Part shown: positions 1-14,339 of the stretch, in pieces
Layout: each line of letters starts with the position of its first letter
Position numbering within the stretch: position 1 is the stretch's first letter
Notes under the pieces: model-generated
Seen by the model: the letters and a program-made list of their open reading frames with translations, nothing else
Told to the model about the DNA's origin: nothing
Database searches by the model: none
Translations under genes and position numbers: made by a program
Assembly (NCBI RefSeq): GCF_006345805.1
Contig: NC_043005.1
Span: 9,796,001-9,860,000 of the forward strand
DNA: 64,000 nt
From: Octopus sinensis
Taxonomy: Eukaryota
Direction of reading: 5' to 3'

Positions 1-290
1 GCCCTAATACCCTTTATAAGTAAACTCAACAGAACACGGTATGGATATAAAAATTTATATGGATGACTTAAAACTCTATGGCAAAGACGACAATGAGTTT
101 GAAGGACCACTACGTACTGTGAAAGCATTCAGTAATGACATTGAGATGGAATTTGGTCCTGACAAATGTGCCAAGGTCACTTACCAGAAAGGGAAACTGA
201 AGATCTCACATTCAGCAGTGTTGGATGTTGACTCAGTCAGGAAAGAACTCGAGCAGGAACCACTTACAAATACTTCGGAATACATGAGGG
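1..290 (+). mobile_element. R4/Dong-type (REL-endonuclease) non-LTR retrotransposon RT fragment
   Basis: ORF 41-328 contains YMDDLKLY..FSNDIEMEFGPDKCAK, the RT core signature of R4-like LINEs; interrupted by a SINE at ~300. Confidence 0.85.
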
Positions 291-299
291 CGCGGGCAT

Positions 300-547
300 T
301 CAACACACCAACATCGGTTGTCAAGTGACGGTGCGGCTACAAACACAAACACACATACACAAATATATATATATATACAACGAGCTTCTTTTAGTTTCCG
401 TCTGCCAAATCCACACAGAAAGCTTTGGTCTGCCCGAGGGTATAGTAGAAGACACTTGGCCAAGGTGCCACGCAGTGGGACTGAACCTGGAAGCGTGTGG
501 TTGGTAAGCAACCTTCTTATCTCTTACCACACAGCCACTCCTGCGCC
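300..547 (-). mobile_element. SINE family B (tRNA head, CORE-like block, internal microsatellite), partial
   Basis: Reverse complement starts GGCGCAGGAGTGGCTGTGTGGTAAG and matches copies at 14135, 38132, 62421. Confidence 0.8.
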
Positions 548-605
548 GGTGCGTATGTGTGAATATATATATATATATGTATATAAAAATATATGACATC
601 CCCAA

Positions 606-679
<74 letters not shown>

Positions 680-1563
680 ATGTATAGGTATATATATGTG
701 TATACACACGTATACATAGGCATGCATACACTTACAGAAGCAGACATACATATATTTATATATGGATATAATATGTGTGTGTCTGTCAGTGCGTGCACAC
801 ACGCATAAATAGTTGCTCTCCTATATACAATACGTGTGAGAGAATTTTTGTCATTTGCACAGAGGAAAGTATTATATTGCATGAGAGAAGAAAGATATTG
901 GAATGAGTAGAATGTGAGAAATGTATCAGTTGCTTACGTGTCCTACAGCGATTAGTCAGTAGCATGTGCAAATATATATATGTATGTTATGGCTGTAGCC
1001 ACCACGTCTATCTTTCTCTCACCTCATATCTGTCAATCTTCATCAGCTAAGTGCTACTCAGCTCGTGATATTTCTCCTCTCGGCTATGATTTTAACTAAT
1101 CTTTACTGTTTAGCTTCTCTTGCTTACATATTTACAGCCACAATAATTCAAACAAAAGTCTCGATGGCTACATCTGTAGCAACGGCAGCGCTTAACGACA
1201 ACAACAGCAGCAAACATAAAAACGACCGCAGCAACAAATATATATAAAAGCCAACGAAGAAGTAACGATACTGTCGATGAACATACTTGAGTGACCAGCT
1301 AAATATTCCTCAAAGAATATTGTTCTTTAAAATAATGTCACATCAGTTAATATAGTCAGAAGGACTCTTAATGGGATGGAATGAACCTGTTTGGAACTGC
1401 TTTAATTATAGTTACATTAAATGCATCAACGAAATTTTAGTTTTAATGTCTATGAACGAGCAACAGTGACTGTGATGCTGCTACATGCTAAAATGGTCCT
1501 CCAAATGCTTGCTGTAATGTGAACTCTGCTAAACCTACCCAAAGACCAGACGGTGGTGTAGAT

Positions 1564-1796
1564 AGGCGGCGAGCTGGCAGAATCGTTAGCACGCCGGGCG
1601 AAATGCGTAGCCGTATTTCGTCTGCCGCTACGTTCTGAGTTCAAATTCCGCCGAGGTCGACTTTGCCTTTCATCCTTTCGGGGTCGATTAAATAAGTACC
1701 AGTTACGCACTGGGGTCGATATAATCGACTTAATCCGTTTGTCTGTCCTTGTTTGTCCGTTCTGTGTTTAGCCCCTTGTGGGTAGTAAACAAATAG
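1564..1796 (+). mobile_element. SINE family A (tRNA-derived)
   Basis: GGCGAGCTGGCAGAATCGTTAG head, GAGTTCAAATTCC B-box, GCCTTTCATCCTTTCGGGGTCGAT core; about 15 copies in the window. Confidence 0.9.
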
Positions 1797-2823
1797 GTGG
1801 TATAGATTCAGCCTACCACCGAAATAGGTCACGGTGGGGTTGGAACATGGAATGTAAATAATCGTAATAAATGCTGAAAGGCATCTGGTTCGACGTTTCT
1901 ACGTCCTTGCCAGTCCAGCGCTCTTGGCAGGTTAATATTTTATGGAATTCGAAGGGATGGTAAGTTTACCTTGACGAGGTTTGAGTATGGGTAGGTTGAT
2001 CTTAGCGGTAAAGTATTCGATCATATATTTATAACACGGTTTGTGTTGATTTGAGGTTAAAAAAGAAAATAAACAAGAGAATCTCTAGCTTAGACATCGT
2101 TACCACCTCAGCCGCCTTAAACAGCGAGAACAATGATGACATGATATCAAGTCTGACAGGGAAATTGTTATATGAATCAAAGCGGGAACCTCCTCAGAGT
2201 CTTAGAAAATAACAGCAGTAATTAAAACAGCAGCCGTAACTCACGCCCAAACAATAACAATGGCAGTTACAATAACATACAATCACTTGCATCAACAACA
2301 TACTGTGAAACTAATGAGTCTGTACGTGATCGCTAAGTCTGCTAGAAATAGCAGTGAAAACCGCTTCAAATAAAGTTTTAGTGCCTGCAAAAATTAAAAC
2401 ATGGAAGGAAAGAAAACTTGAAGAATATATGCAAACTTGGATGTATTTTCTGAAAATATGATCCGTCAGACACCGGTGAATCCTTTTAATTGAATGTTTG
2501 TTTAGGTATATCTTACATGTGGGTGAAGAACAATGAAAATAATGGCAACAAATATAATGAAAATGGGAAAATGAGAGAAAAGACGAAAGGAAGAATGAAG
2601 GAAAAGAAAGTAGTAAAAGAATGCATGTGAGTTTTATTTTCGACCAGTCTAAGTACACGGCGTTGCTCGGAGATTTAAAGAATGTTAATCCTTTCGATAT
2701 CAACCCGGCTGAAACCGTTTCTGGCTCTGTAGTACAAATGTCTTGTTTTCATAAGTTTTGAATTAAAATCTTCCACCAAACCTTAGTCACAATATATGTT
2801 CGTAACACTAGCTTAATGATAAC

Positions 2824-3233
2824 TAAGCTGGCAGAAACGTTACCACGCCGGGCTAAATGCTTAGCGGTTTTTCGTCTGCCGTTACGTTCTGAGTTCAAAT
2901 TCCGCCGAGGTCGACTTTGCCGTTCATCCTTTCGGGGTCGATAAATTAAGCACCAGTTACGCACTGGGGTCGATGTAATCGACTTAATACCTATGTCTGT
3001 CCTTGTTTGTCCCCTCTATGTTTAAGCCCCTTGTGGGTAATAAAGAAATAGGTATTTCGTCTGCCGTTACGTTTTGAGTTCAAATTCCGCCGAGGTCGAC
3101 TTTGCCTTTCATCCTTTCGGGGTCGATTAAATAAGTACCAGTTACGCACTGTGGTCGATATAATCGACTTAATCCGTTTGTCTGTCCTTGTTTGTCCTCT
3201 CTATGTTTAGCCCCTTGTGGGCAATAAAGAAAT
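2824..3233 (+). mobile_element. SINE A dimer (full monomer plus 5'-truncated monomer)
   Basis: Junction AAAGAAATAG|GTATTTCGTCTGCC at ~3050, repeated at ~40560. Confidence 0.85.
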
Positions 3234-3568
3234 GAGAAACACAGTAAAACAATTGGATTTGAATATAAATCTCCCAAAATTATGAGCGAAATCCGAGCCC
3301 CCAGAAACAGCTGGGGGGGGGGGACCAGTAATAGCATACGTTCCCCACTTAGTTTCCCGTGCCTTTGTATTCTGTGTAAGTTTGCTTCATCAATACATAA
3401 ATATCTGCATATTTCTGGATGAATATTCGTCATCTCTGTGTTTTCTCTCTATTTTCCTGTATATGCATTTTTGTATATCTCGTATTTATTTATTTACATC
3501 ATTGGCTCCCCCCTCTTTCTCTCTCTCTCACTCTTTCTCTCTCTCTCACTCTTTCTCTCTCTCTCCCC

Positions 3569-3621
<53 letters not shown>

Positions 3622-4019
3622 CGTACATATTTTGTGTAACTTCCTTGATTTCTCGCTTTTGTTTATTACTCTGCTGCTCCTTCAAGTTACAGAACACTAA
3701 TGACAACAGATGATCCAGTCGCGTTTCAGAGAGTCCACCTTGATAGCTAAAATTGTTGTTTTGCTATATCTGTTTCTCATGAGTAATCTAACAGCTGCTG
3801 TTCATCTTATGTAGCAGTGAATTTTGCTCAAATGCATGTGACCCCTAACACCCGAGCAATTTTTTCTGTGAATCCGGGGTCAACAATTCTAAAACATTCA
3901 AACATTTACACAGCAATTGGGCGATTGGAGATTCGCTAGAAATGCAGACAACAACAGAGAGATACCTCGTGCTGTTTAGTTACACCAATCTATATTCGGA
4001 GTTTAGGTATTGATTTCTG

Positions 4020-4166
4020 TTCCAGGGTCGACTTTGCTTTTCATCCTTTCGGGGTCGATAAATTAGGTACCAGTTACGCACTGGGGTCGATGCAATAGAC
4101 TTAATCCGTCTGTCTGTCCTTTTTGTCCCCTCTGTGTTTAGCCCCTTGTGGGTAGTAAATAAATAG
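4020..4166 (+). mobile_element. SINE A, 5'-truncated
   Basis: Core and tail match family A. Confidence 0.8.
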
Positions 4167-4380
4167 ATATTGACTTCTGTTGTATGGACGCCCCCAGACT
4201 ATGAAGTAGACTAACCCAATATAAAGATATAGAGGGAGAAGTCTAGACACCAAGAGTAGTAGGACAGAGAATAGTTGAGTAGTAGTAGGGCGGAGTAGGC
4301 TAGAGCAGAGTGGAGGTCATCCGAACGTGCGACATAACAATTTCATATTTTTACACAAAGCCAGCAGCTTTCAGGGAGGA

Positions 4381-4575
4381 GCTTAAGCGGTTACATCGAC
4401 CCCCATCGCTCAACTGGTACCTATTTGATCGACCCTCGAAAAGGATGAACGGTAAAGTCGACCCCGGTGGAATATTGAACGTAAAGACATATGAAATGCC
4501 GCTAAGCATTTCGCCTGACGTGCTAACGATTCTACTAACTCCCCGACTCCTTCGGAACTTAGAATTTGCCGAACT
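4381..4575 (-). mobile_element. SINE A, degenerate (the only clear minus-strand copy)
   Basis: Reverse complement matches the family A head and core. Confidence 0.75.
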
Positions 4576-4638
4576 TGACTTCACCTTTCAACCTCTTCTG
4601 ATCGATGAAATTCGTACTAATCATGTACTAGACGTTAC

Positions 4639-4680
4639 CTTGCCTGCTAAAGCCAATTTTCCAAAGGATTTCGGATTTCA
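4639..4680 (-). CDS. candidate 42-nt exon (xKSEILWKIGFSRQ, phase 1-1)
   Basis: tattgtattttgtag|TG...AAG|gtaacg; only one frame is open. Could be chance. Confidence 0.25.
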
Positions 4681-5331
4681 CTACAAAATACAATATTTCA
4701 GGCTCATTACGTAATACGATATAAATTTTTTGGTTACACGAAGATTGGAAAGCCAGATACTGAATATTAATTTCTACTCTCCCAGCTACTTACAAGCGCA
4801 TTATTTCCTTTGTATATGTATCTCACCGTCAACTCACTCTGTCCTAGAGAATATTAATAATTTGCTTTTGATAAATAATTGTTTGTTAGCTATCACTTAA
4901 TTAATAATAAGTGTGGCATTATTTTATTGAACTCAGTTTCTGTGTACTCTCTAACGCAGCAGTGTTATTTACCTTTATTCTTCACCCGAAGGCCTGCACT
5001 ATACATAGTAATTACTTTGTTCGCTGCTGGGGGTCGCTTCTTTTTTTGTTTTTTTTTTTTTTGCTTTTTGTTTTTGTCTAATCAATGAATCATGGTAATC
5101 TGTTAATCTACTTTAAGCCAAATTAATTTCAGAATAAGAAGCAAGGTCTTGTGATTTATAAAGACGCTAAATAAGATTGCGAAACGTTGTAACCGGTTTC
5201 CAAGTGAGCTGAACTAGATACAGCATAAATACATTAATGCATAACGTATTAAACTCATTGATGTCTTAACCCAAACTTTCTTTGTCTGTCTCTCTATCTG
5301 CCTATCTGTCTATCTGTCTGTCTGTCTGTCG

Positions 5332-5386
<55 letters not shown>

Positions 5387-6397
5387 TATTTCATTCCCTC
5401 ACTTTGTTTTTTTTGTCTAGTCTCTTCTCCAAAATTCTCAGGTTTTCTGAAAAGTAGCATTTTTTAACAGGCGCTGCCGTCGTAACCATTCTTGTTTTAG
5501 TTGCTGTTGTTGTTGTTGTTGCTGATGCTGATTTTGTTGTTGTTGTTGATTGGCACCAGGTCAGCATTCACCAAACAAACCTATAATCAATCGCGTTCCA
5601 GGCATAACCACCATGTCTTTTTTTTTTTTTTTTTTGCTATGTTCATAATTTCTTTGCCATCAATTCAACCATCCAGAACAAATCCATGCAGCCTTAACCC
5701 ATGAAGTTGAAGTGATATTTGGAAGATCAGATCGAGAGACAGCGTAACTGCTTTGTGGTTAAACGATCAGTACAGAAGCTCTGAGAGGTAGAGTGACAGA
5801 AATAGCGGCAGAGAGCAAATGAAATGCCAGAAGTTTAATCTTATTCTCCTACGTTCTGAGTTCAAATAAACATGAAGATGAATTTAGTTTCCTTCTCTCT
5901 TCTATAAGAAAGTAATTATAAAGCATGGATCCGAGTCATCTACATTGACTTCATTCTAACGTTGCAAATTAGTTCCTTATCTGGTTCATTTGGACTATGA
6001 ATGCCACTTCTGCAGTGGCTTGTCATGGAGTTTTTTATTAGTAAATACAAAGGTTATTTCCTGTTATCTTCCTCCAGATTATTTTTTGCATGATACCAGC
6101 TTACCAGCTAAATACAGATACCTTGCCACATCAGCCCAGGCACTCAGAAGCTAAAGTGCCAGAACAGATCTTGCAAAAGATTTTGGCCAATGGTCAAACA
6201 ATTCTGCCAAACCGTTGCCTTCGACAAGCAGTTTATTGTAACTATATCGAAAGGATAAAGAGCTAAGAAGACCCTGGCTTAATTCGAGCTGAAAAATAGC
6301 TTTATATTGACGTAAGAAATGAAAATTTAATAATTTTCAGCTAATGAGTCTTGTGAAAAATGCCTCATCTTTTTCACTTTCTATTTCTCTGTCGCTG

Positions 6398-6437
<40 letters not shown>

Positions 6438-6863
6438 CTCATCTATCATTTTATTAATGTCTATTTCTCCTTGAGCATCCGATTTCATTTTTTTTTACTC
6501 AGAACAATATTATGTACTCGTTTGAAGTATGACTATAAATAAAATCGATACACTTAATCATTAAACTAGGTACAGACGTTACTATTAGATAAAAGCTTCT
6601 ATTTTCCGCTTCATTCCCCAGCTTTTTGCGTGCGGTTATATACGTTCTATTCTGAGAAGCAACAGAAGTGTAATGTTCTAATTGGGTGATTGCTGGTTTA
6701 GATAAATAAACACGTTAGAGCAGATCATCTCCCAATTCAAGGTGTCAAATTGGCGAACGAAGAAAAGTTAAATCCTACCTGAATAAATGGTAATTAAGTG
6801 AATATAGACGACAATCACAATTGCTGTGACTTACAAACTGTATACGACTTCAGAGTTTTCTCT

Positions 6864-6932
<69 letters not shown>

Positions 6933-7600
6933 TCTCTGCTGTTAATCACATGATTATAATCGAAAAAGTAAAAGAACATGAAGTAATAATGGTTTATCTT
7001 TCTAATCTTTTCATTTTCACATCCGTCCCTTGATTCAGATTGTGTGCTGTTATTAATTCTGACATCTTCTACACATCAATAGAACTGTCTGTTGATCGTT
7101 AGAGAAGCTAGAAAATACAGTCAGAATGTCTGAAAACCAATTACTAGATTCTTTAAACGATCTTCTCTTTCTTACTAATGACATTACCATATATATATAG
7201 AAGACAGTAATATGCGTGAATCTCGAAGACACAAAGAACAAGCTCTTATATACAACCAAAATGCGGTTTATGTATAAGTTTTAATTAGATAGCCTGGTCA
7301 GGGTAGCAAAAGAAACCTGTTTAGATAACATTTCAACAATTTGCACCTCTGTAAATCTCTCTACGTGTCGCAGTGTCCGGTGTATTCCGCAACTAGGTGG
7401 AGACAGGTTATAATCAAAGCCGTTATAATCAAAGCCTGTTCTTGAGCAAAGCACTTCATTTAACGCAGCTCCTGTCCACTCAGCTGGCAAAAATGAGTAA
7501 TGCTGCGTCCCGTCCAGCTGGGGAACACATACGCCATTGAAACTGAGAAACCGGGCCCATGAACCTGGCTAGGCTTTAAAAGGGAGCATTTACTTTAAAG

Positions 7601-7830
7601 GCCAGCGAGCTGGCAGACAGGTTAGCATGCCGGGCGAAATGCTTAGCAGTATTTCGTCTGTCGTTACGTTCTGAGTTCAATTTCCGGCGAGGTCGACTTT
7701 GCCTTTCATCCTTTCGGAGTCGATAAATAAAGTACCAGTTACGCACTGGGGTCGATGTAATCGACTTGATCTCTTTGTCTGTCCTTGTTTGTCTCCCTCT
7801 ATGTTTAGCCCCTTGTGGGCAATAAAGAAA
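7601..7830 (+). mobile_element. SINE A
   Basis: Full-length match to family A. Confidence 0.9.
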
Positions 7831-8252
7831 TATATATATATATATAAGGTGGGGGGAGAGAGAAAGGGTAACTGCAATTGTAGCTGTCCTTTATGAAATG
7901 CTATAGACCTCCATGAAGTATATAATGACTGGTTAGGTGATCGCGTCTTTTGTTTCCAACATGAAGTTTTCAATGATTACGACTTTCGCATTTAAAATAT
8001 TACTCGTTTTTAAATTTTCATTCGTTTTTAAATTTTTATATTCTCTTTAATTTTTGTTTTTTAAAGCGAACCATTGACTTTCAAACAGCAAAGTTTAAGT
8101 GCTAAAAATAATTTTCGCTTTGAAATCATCAAAATGTCATGATTATATTAAATCATCACCATTTTTTAAATAACAAAGATTTTCATCAATTTCCATTAAA
8201 ATAATATATAATATTAATAATGATTTTTTAGTATAGCATGTAGTTTGCTGTA

Positions 8253-8300
<48 letters not shown>

Positions 8301-8464
8301 AAACAGCAATAAAAGCAGTGAATTCAAGCAATACTGCAATTCATAGACAAGAGGGGCAAACAAGCAGATCTATGCAATCATAGAGAGAAGACAGTGTGTG
8401 CACAAACACAAAAAACACGCACAAAACATGCGTATAGGTATATGTAGGTATATTTATACATATA

Positions 8465-8972
8465 CTAGCAGTATCGCCTGGCGTTGCTCGGATTTGTAAG
8501 GGAAATAACTATATAAGAATTTTTAGTGAGTTATAGCAAAAAAATAGCAAAAAAATGCATTAAAAATGAAATAAAAAATGATGGTAATTTTGGTGTCTTC
8601 AAGCCATGAAGTCGTTGTTCTAAAAGAACGCTGGTCTCCTTGACAACGCTTTACGACGTTGATTTCCTTACACTCCCTTCCCCACAGCTTCACGAGGGAG
8701 GGAAGAAGGGGGAGAAGCAACACAGGTGCAGGTGTGACCATGGACGCCAACTCCGCCGCCGTCGACACACGAAAAATTATGCATTAAAATGGAATAGAAA
8801 ATGATGTTAAATTATCTTTAAAATCGTAGACTCATCGTAGACGCGCGCTAATACCCAGACGGGCTCGATATGAATCACGACTATAAGATACCCGAATTTT
8901 GTTATACTGCACCGCAAAATGTAGGAGTAGTTAGGAATCTAAATCGTAGGAGACAGACAACACACAACTACA

Positions 8973-9007
<35 letters not shown>
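8465..9007 (-). mobile_element. non-autonomous Helitron with extra internal segment
   Basis: Minus-strand 3' end CCGAGCAACGCCAGG hairpin then CTAG|T; body homologous to 32204-32600; 5' end runs into (TA)n. Confidence 0.75.
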
Positions 9008-9010
<3 letters not shown>

Positions 9011-9039
9011 TATATATATTGTGTGTGGTGTGTGTGGTT

Positions 9040-9200
9040 GAAATTTACAGAAAAATGAAAGATGAAGACAGGTGTATAAATAACAAGCAGGATATTAGTT
9101 TGAAGTTCGGGAAGGTGAGAAAGTCTTTCACGTTTCGAGCCTACGCTCTTCGACAGAAAGTAACACGAGGATATAAACTGAGAGAGACTAAAAAACTTAT
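9040..9200 (-). mobile_element. short Penelope-like element with variant HHR motif
   Basis: Reverse complement ctttCTGTCGAaGAGcgtaggCTCGAAACGTGaaag (9125-9160); homologous to 59045-59215. Confidence 0.6.
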
Positions 9201-9580
9201 ATATATATATATACATACATAAGGAATAACCACCAAAGTTGATTCCTAATATGCTAGAAGAAAACGCCAAATCGCCGTGCCACGAAAAATATGTTCTCAA
9301 GAGTTTTAGCAAACGCCAGAATGCCTGCGAGTAAGACAAATGAAAGGAGATAAAATAGAGCAATTAACTCCATACCTAAATGTTTCGCTATCAACGATCA
9401 CTAACGTGATCATTCGTAGCTCTTATTTATATATGTAATATATTTCATAGTCCTCGCACGTTTTTAAGTATGCTAGCCAGTGGTTTAAATTAATATTAAT
9501 TGATATAATTAACTTCTACCCTTACTATTTTACCATATGTACGTATGTATGTATCAAATAATCTATCTATCTACCAGTCT

Positions 9581-9678
<98 letters not shown>

Positions 9679-10044
9679 CACTCACAAATGTATGTGTGTA
9701 CTTGTGTGTGCTGTTTATATACATATATATATATATATAATCTCAGTAAAAACAATTAAGATTCAAGTGAATTCCAATGAATTCCAATGAATGTGGTACT
9801 TAACTTAGATGCACCAGAAATCTTTATGGTATTAACCATAAAATAATGTGGGGTGATTATAAACAAGATAAAAGAACAAGAATGGATTAGTTGTTCAGTA
9901 CAATTGTTTCATACGAAACAATTGTACTAATTGAACAACTAATCCATTCTTGTTGCTTTTATCTTGTCTGTGTATATATATATGTATATATATATTAGAT
10001 TTTTATTAATAAAGTGTAGATATACGTTATTAATAAAACTGTAA

Positions 10045-10127
<83 letters not shown>

Positions 10128-10268
10128 TGTGAGTATATGCATATACATATATAATGCAAAATATGCAGAATAATTAATGTGCAAATATGTTGTTTTGCTA
10201 GCATAATATAATCTGGGATTATAGTACTGGAACACTTGTAGCTAAAAGGCTATGATCAATCCGAATAG

Positions 10269-10303
<35 letters not shown>

Positions 10304-10886
10304 TATATAATGTATTAATATATGTATACATGTAGACGCACCCGCATTTACACACAAACATATGCTAAACTGTGAGAGAGAGAGCGTACATGTGCATTTG
10401 CATAGTAATTTTGTAACTGATCTTCATTAATAATCATAAGGAAGTAGTTGCGACGACTTCCATTTTTAGTTGTATGGCCGAAGCATTCCCTCTGGGATCG
10501 ACAAGATTAAAATCCGTAAACTTTCCGTAAACTTTCCGTAAACTTTCCGTAAACTTAATAAATGCCGGAAAAACATGAAGAAACATGGAAGTCTAGAAAT
10601 TTGACTGTTTAATCATACACACAGTAGTTAATGCTTTGACTGGAAGTTCGATACTAACCATTATGAGTACTGAGAGGAGAAGAGTGGATTTAGCATGGGA
10701 TTGACCAGGTCAGACAAACAGATTATATGTAGTGGGGGGAAAATCATAACGTGGAAAGTACGGACTCGTGGAAGTGCGTCTGTGAGTAAATTTATGCCAC
10801 TCAGTTGAGTTACCTTATATTGGATGCAGTCTAGGACATTGAGACATGCAGCAGCAGCAGCAATGCGGGATTTACGGGCAATACGG

Positions 10887-11518
<632 letters not shown>

Positions 11519-11525
11519 GGTACAG

Positions 11526-11669
11526 ATGTCCCTGTAACGCTACTTCAATATACTCTGCCACTTGAGGTCTCTACAGTGTCGGTAGCTGGTGAGAGCAGAG
11601 GCATTGTCATCATGACAGATGGTCCTCAGAGATATTTGATGACTAACATGTGTATTGATATTCAGAATT
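11526..11669 (+). CDS. candidate 144-nt exon ([48 protein letters not shown], phase 1-1)
   Basis: tacag|AT...ATT|gtaagt, open frame, non-repetitive; weak polypyrimidine tract; product not recognised. Confidence 0.3.
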
Positions 11670-11878
11670 GTAAGTGAGTACAATCTATGAATTGGGATGA
11701 TACAGTGCAAGACTCATTAGCTCAAGCAGCGATTGTGCCTGGACGCTGTTTTTTTTAAAGACAAACAACATTACTCCACTATACGCTATTGAATGCAGAA
11801 GATTTCCAGCTAAGAAGTGTCTCTCAAAACAACAGTTGACAACTAATAGTTATATATATATATATATATATATATAAA

Positions 11879-12062
11879 TTAATACAAAACTATGAGAGAG
11901 TATCCACTATGTGGACGCTTCATTTGTCCTGCTCGCTTACGTTCTTGGTGTGTTGAATTATTTCTTGAGAACAATTCTTTGGTGGCGGATCCCCTTTGCG
12001 GATCTATATCTAGCGTAAGAGCGTCCATATAGTGGATTCTCTCTCTCATAGTTTTGTATTAA
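11879..12062. repeat. inverted repeat, ~40-bp arms
   Basis: ttaatacaaaactatgagagag.atccactat.tggacgct and its reverse complement at 12020-12062. Confidence 0.85.
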
Positions 12063-12164
12063 TAATATTTACTGAATCCCAGTCTTTTATACGCTAGGCC
12101 ACTTGTGTTATTAAATTAATATCGATTTTGTCACCCTTATTTTAACTTTAATAATATATATATT

Positions 12165-12256
<92 letters not shown>

Positions 12257-13341
12257 ATGCATGTATGTATGTATGTACGTGTATATGTTTGTGTGTCTGT
12301 GTTTGTTCCCCAACATCGCTTGACAACAAATGCTGGTGTGTTTACGTCCCGGTAACTTAGCGGTTCGGCAAAAGAGGCCAATAGAATAAGTACTAGGCTT
12401 ACAAATAATAGGTCCTGGGGTCGATTTGCTCGACAGCAGGCGGTGTTCCAGCATGGCCGCTGTCGAATGACTGAAACAAGCAAAAAGAGTAAAAACAAAA
12501 ATAAAAGAATAATTAAATAATTGCAGGAATTGGATCCCACGTCGTTTGGCTTATTGATGCTCTCAGATATTAGCAGAAGAAAGCAAAGTTTACGCAACAA
12601 ATTTCTGGAGGAAATGTGAGACCCACATTGAGCTAGTGTATCCTGAGAGTTCATTGTAACTCAATTTGAGAGTAGTTACAAGCCATTTGTGGTAGATAGG
12701 ATGTTTCATAATAATGGCATTTCAGTAGTTGATAAATACGAAACCCTAGACCCAACTCAGTCAGAGAATTAGTTGTGTGTCGACAAAGCTATACTAGAAA
12801 CTATTCTAGTGTTGAGCGTCATGTTGCGTAGTTATCAAATCTTTCTTCATGGGAATATTTACATAGTGTTTATAACATAAATACTTTTAAAACATATTTT
12901 GTGTTCCAATGGAAATCTAAACAAATAGCAGATGAAAACAAAGAACAAAAATATTCTAAGAAACAGCGGTCGAACATCAAGTGCTGACAATTTGTCGCTG
13001 ATTATAGTTTACATTCAACATTAAGCTTCAACAATTTAACCATATTAAAAAAGCCTACATAAGGTAATGTTACTGTAGAAAAAGAACTACGCAAGAAAAT
13101 AAGACGGGAAGCTCATGAGTGCAACATTCCAGAATATATATCTGCTTAGTAAAAGTACACCATAGTCTAAACATCATCAGCAGTAAAACAACAAAAGAAA
13201 GAGTGACCTTCACTTCGAACCGAAATCTTCATAGACTCATTATAATTGTAGACAAATGTCAAGTGAATTCCTCAATAAAAGTATATCATAAACAAGGTAA
13301 AATTATTTTCATATGGTTTTATATATATATATATATGTACA

Positions 13342-13425
<84 letters not shown>

Positions 13426-13434
13426 TACATATAA

Positions 13435-13467
<33 letters not shown>

Positions 13468-13600
13468 GAAGTAAATATATGGCACAACGAAGTACCGATA
13501 TTTACTGGAGAATAGCGAACTTCTATGTATAATTTTCCCTCCCGGGCTATTCTTTACTGGAAAGCAATACTCTCGTATTGCATTACTATTTTTATATGTG

Positions 13601-13631
<31 letters not shown>

Positions 13632-13808
13632 CCATATATATATATCTGTATACATATATCTACATGTATACATATATATATATATACACACACATATATT
13701 TCACCTTCTTTATATATATATATATATATACGCACACACATATATTTTACGTTCTTCATATATATATATGTGTGTGTGTGTGAGTGTGTGTGTGTGTATG
13801 TGTGTGTG

Positions 13809-13923
13809 TATCTGTAAAAATATGTGACAATTATTCGGTAGCCATGATAAAACTCCGAGTTTCGGATGTTGGGGAGGAGTTTTATCATGGCTGCCGAATA
13901 ATTGTCATATATATTTACAGATA
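13809..13923. repeat. inverted repeat, ~48-bp arms, 19-nt loop
   Basis: Arms 13809-13856 and 13876-13923; loop contains GTTTCGG (reverse complement CCGAAAC). Confidence 0.85.
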
Positions 13924-13996
13924 AATCCTCTATTTACATTATATCGAGATCTCTTTCATTCTTTTGTTGTCTTGCCATTTCTAGATATATATATAC

Positions 13997-14044
<48 letters not shown>

Positions 14045-14087
14045 CGCAGGAGTATATATGTATATATATATATATATACATATATAC

Positions 14088-14129
<42 letters not shown>

Positions 14130-14134
14130 TATAT

Positions 14135-14306
14135 AGGCGCAGGAGGGGATGTGTGGTAAGTAGCTTGCCTACCAACCACATGGTTCTGCGTTCAGTCCCA
14201 CTGCGTGGCATCTTGGGCAAGTGTCTTCTGCTATAGCCTCGGGCCAACCAATGCCTTGTGAGTGGATTTGGAAGACGGAAACTGAAAGAAGCCTGTCGTA
14301 TATATG

Positions 14307-14339
<33 letters not shown>

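Noticed and set aside
10514-10556. CRISPR-like array
   Set aside because: Contiguous 11-bp units, no spacers, no cas genes, eukaryotic context.
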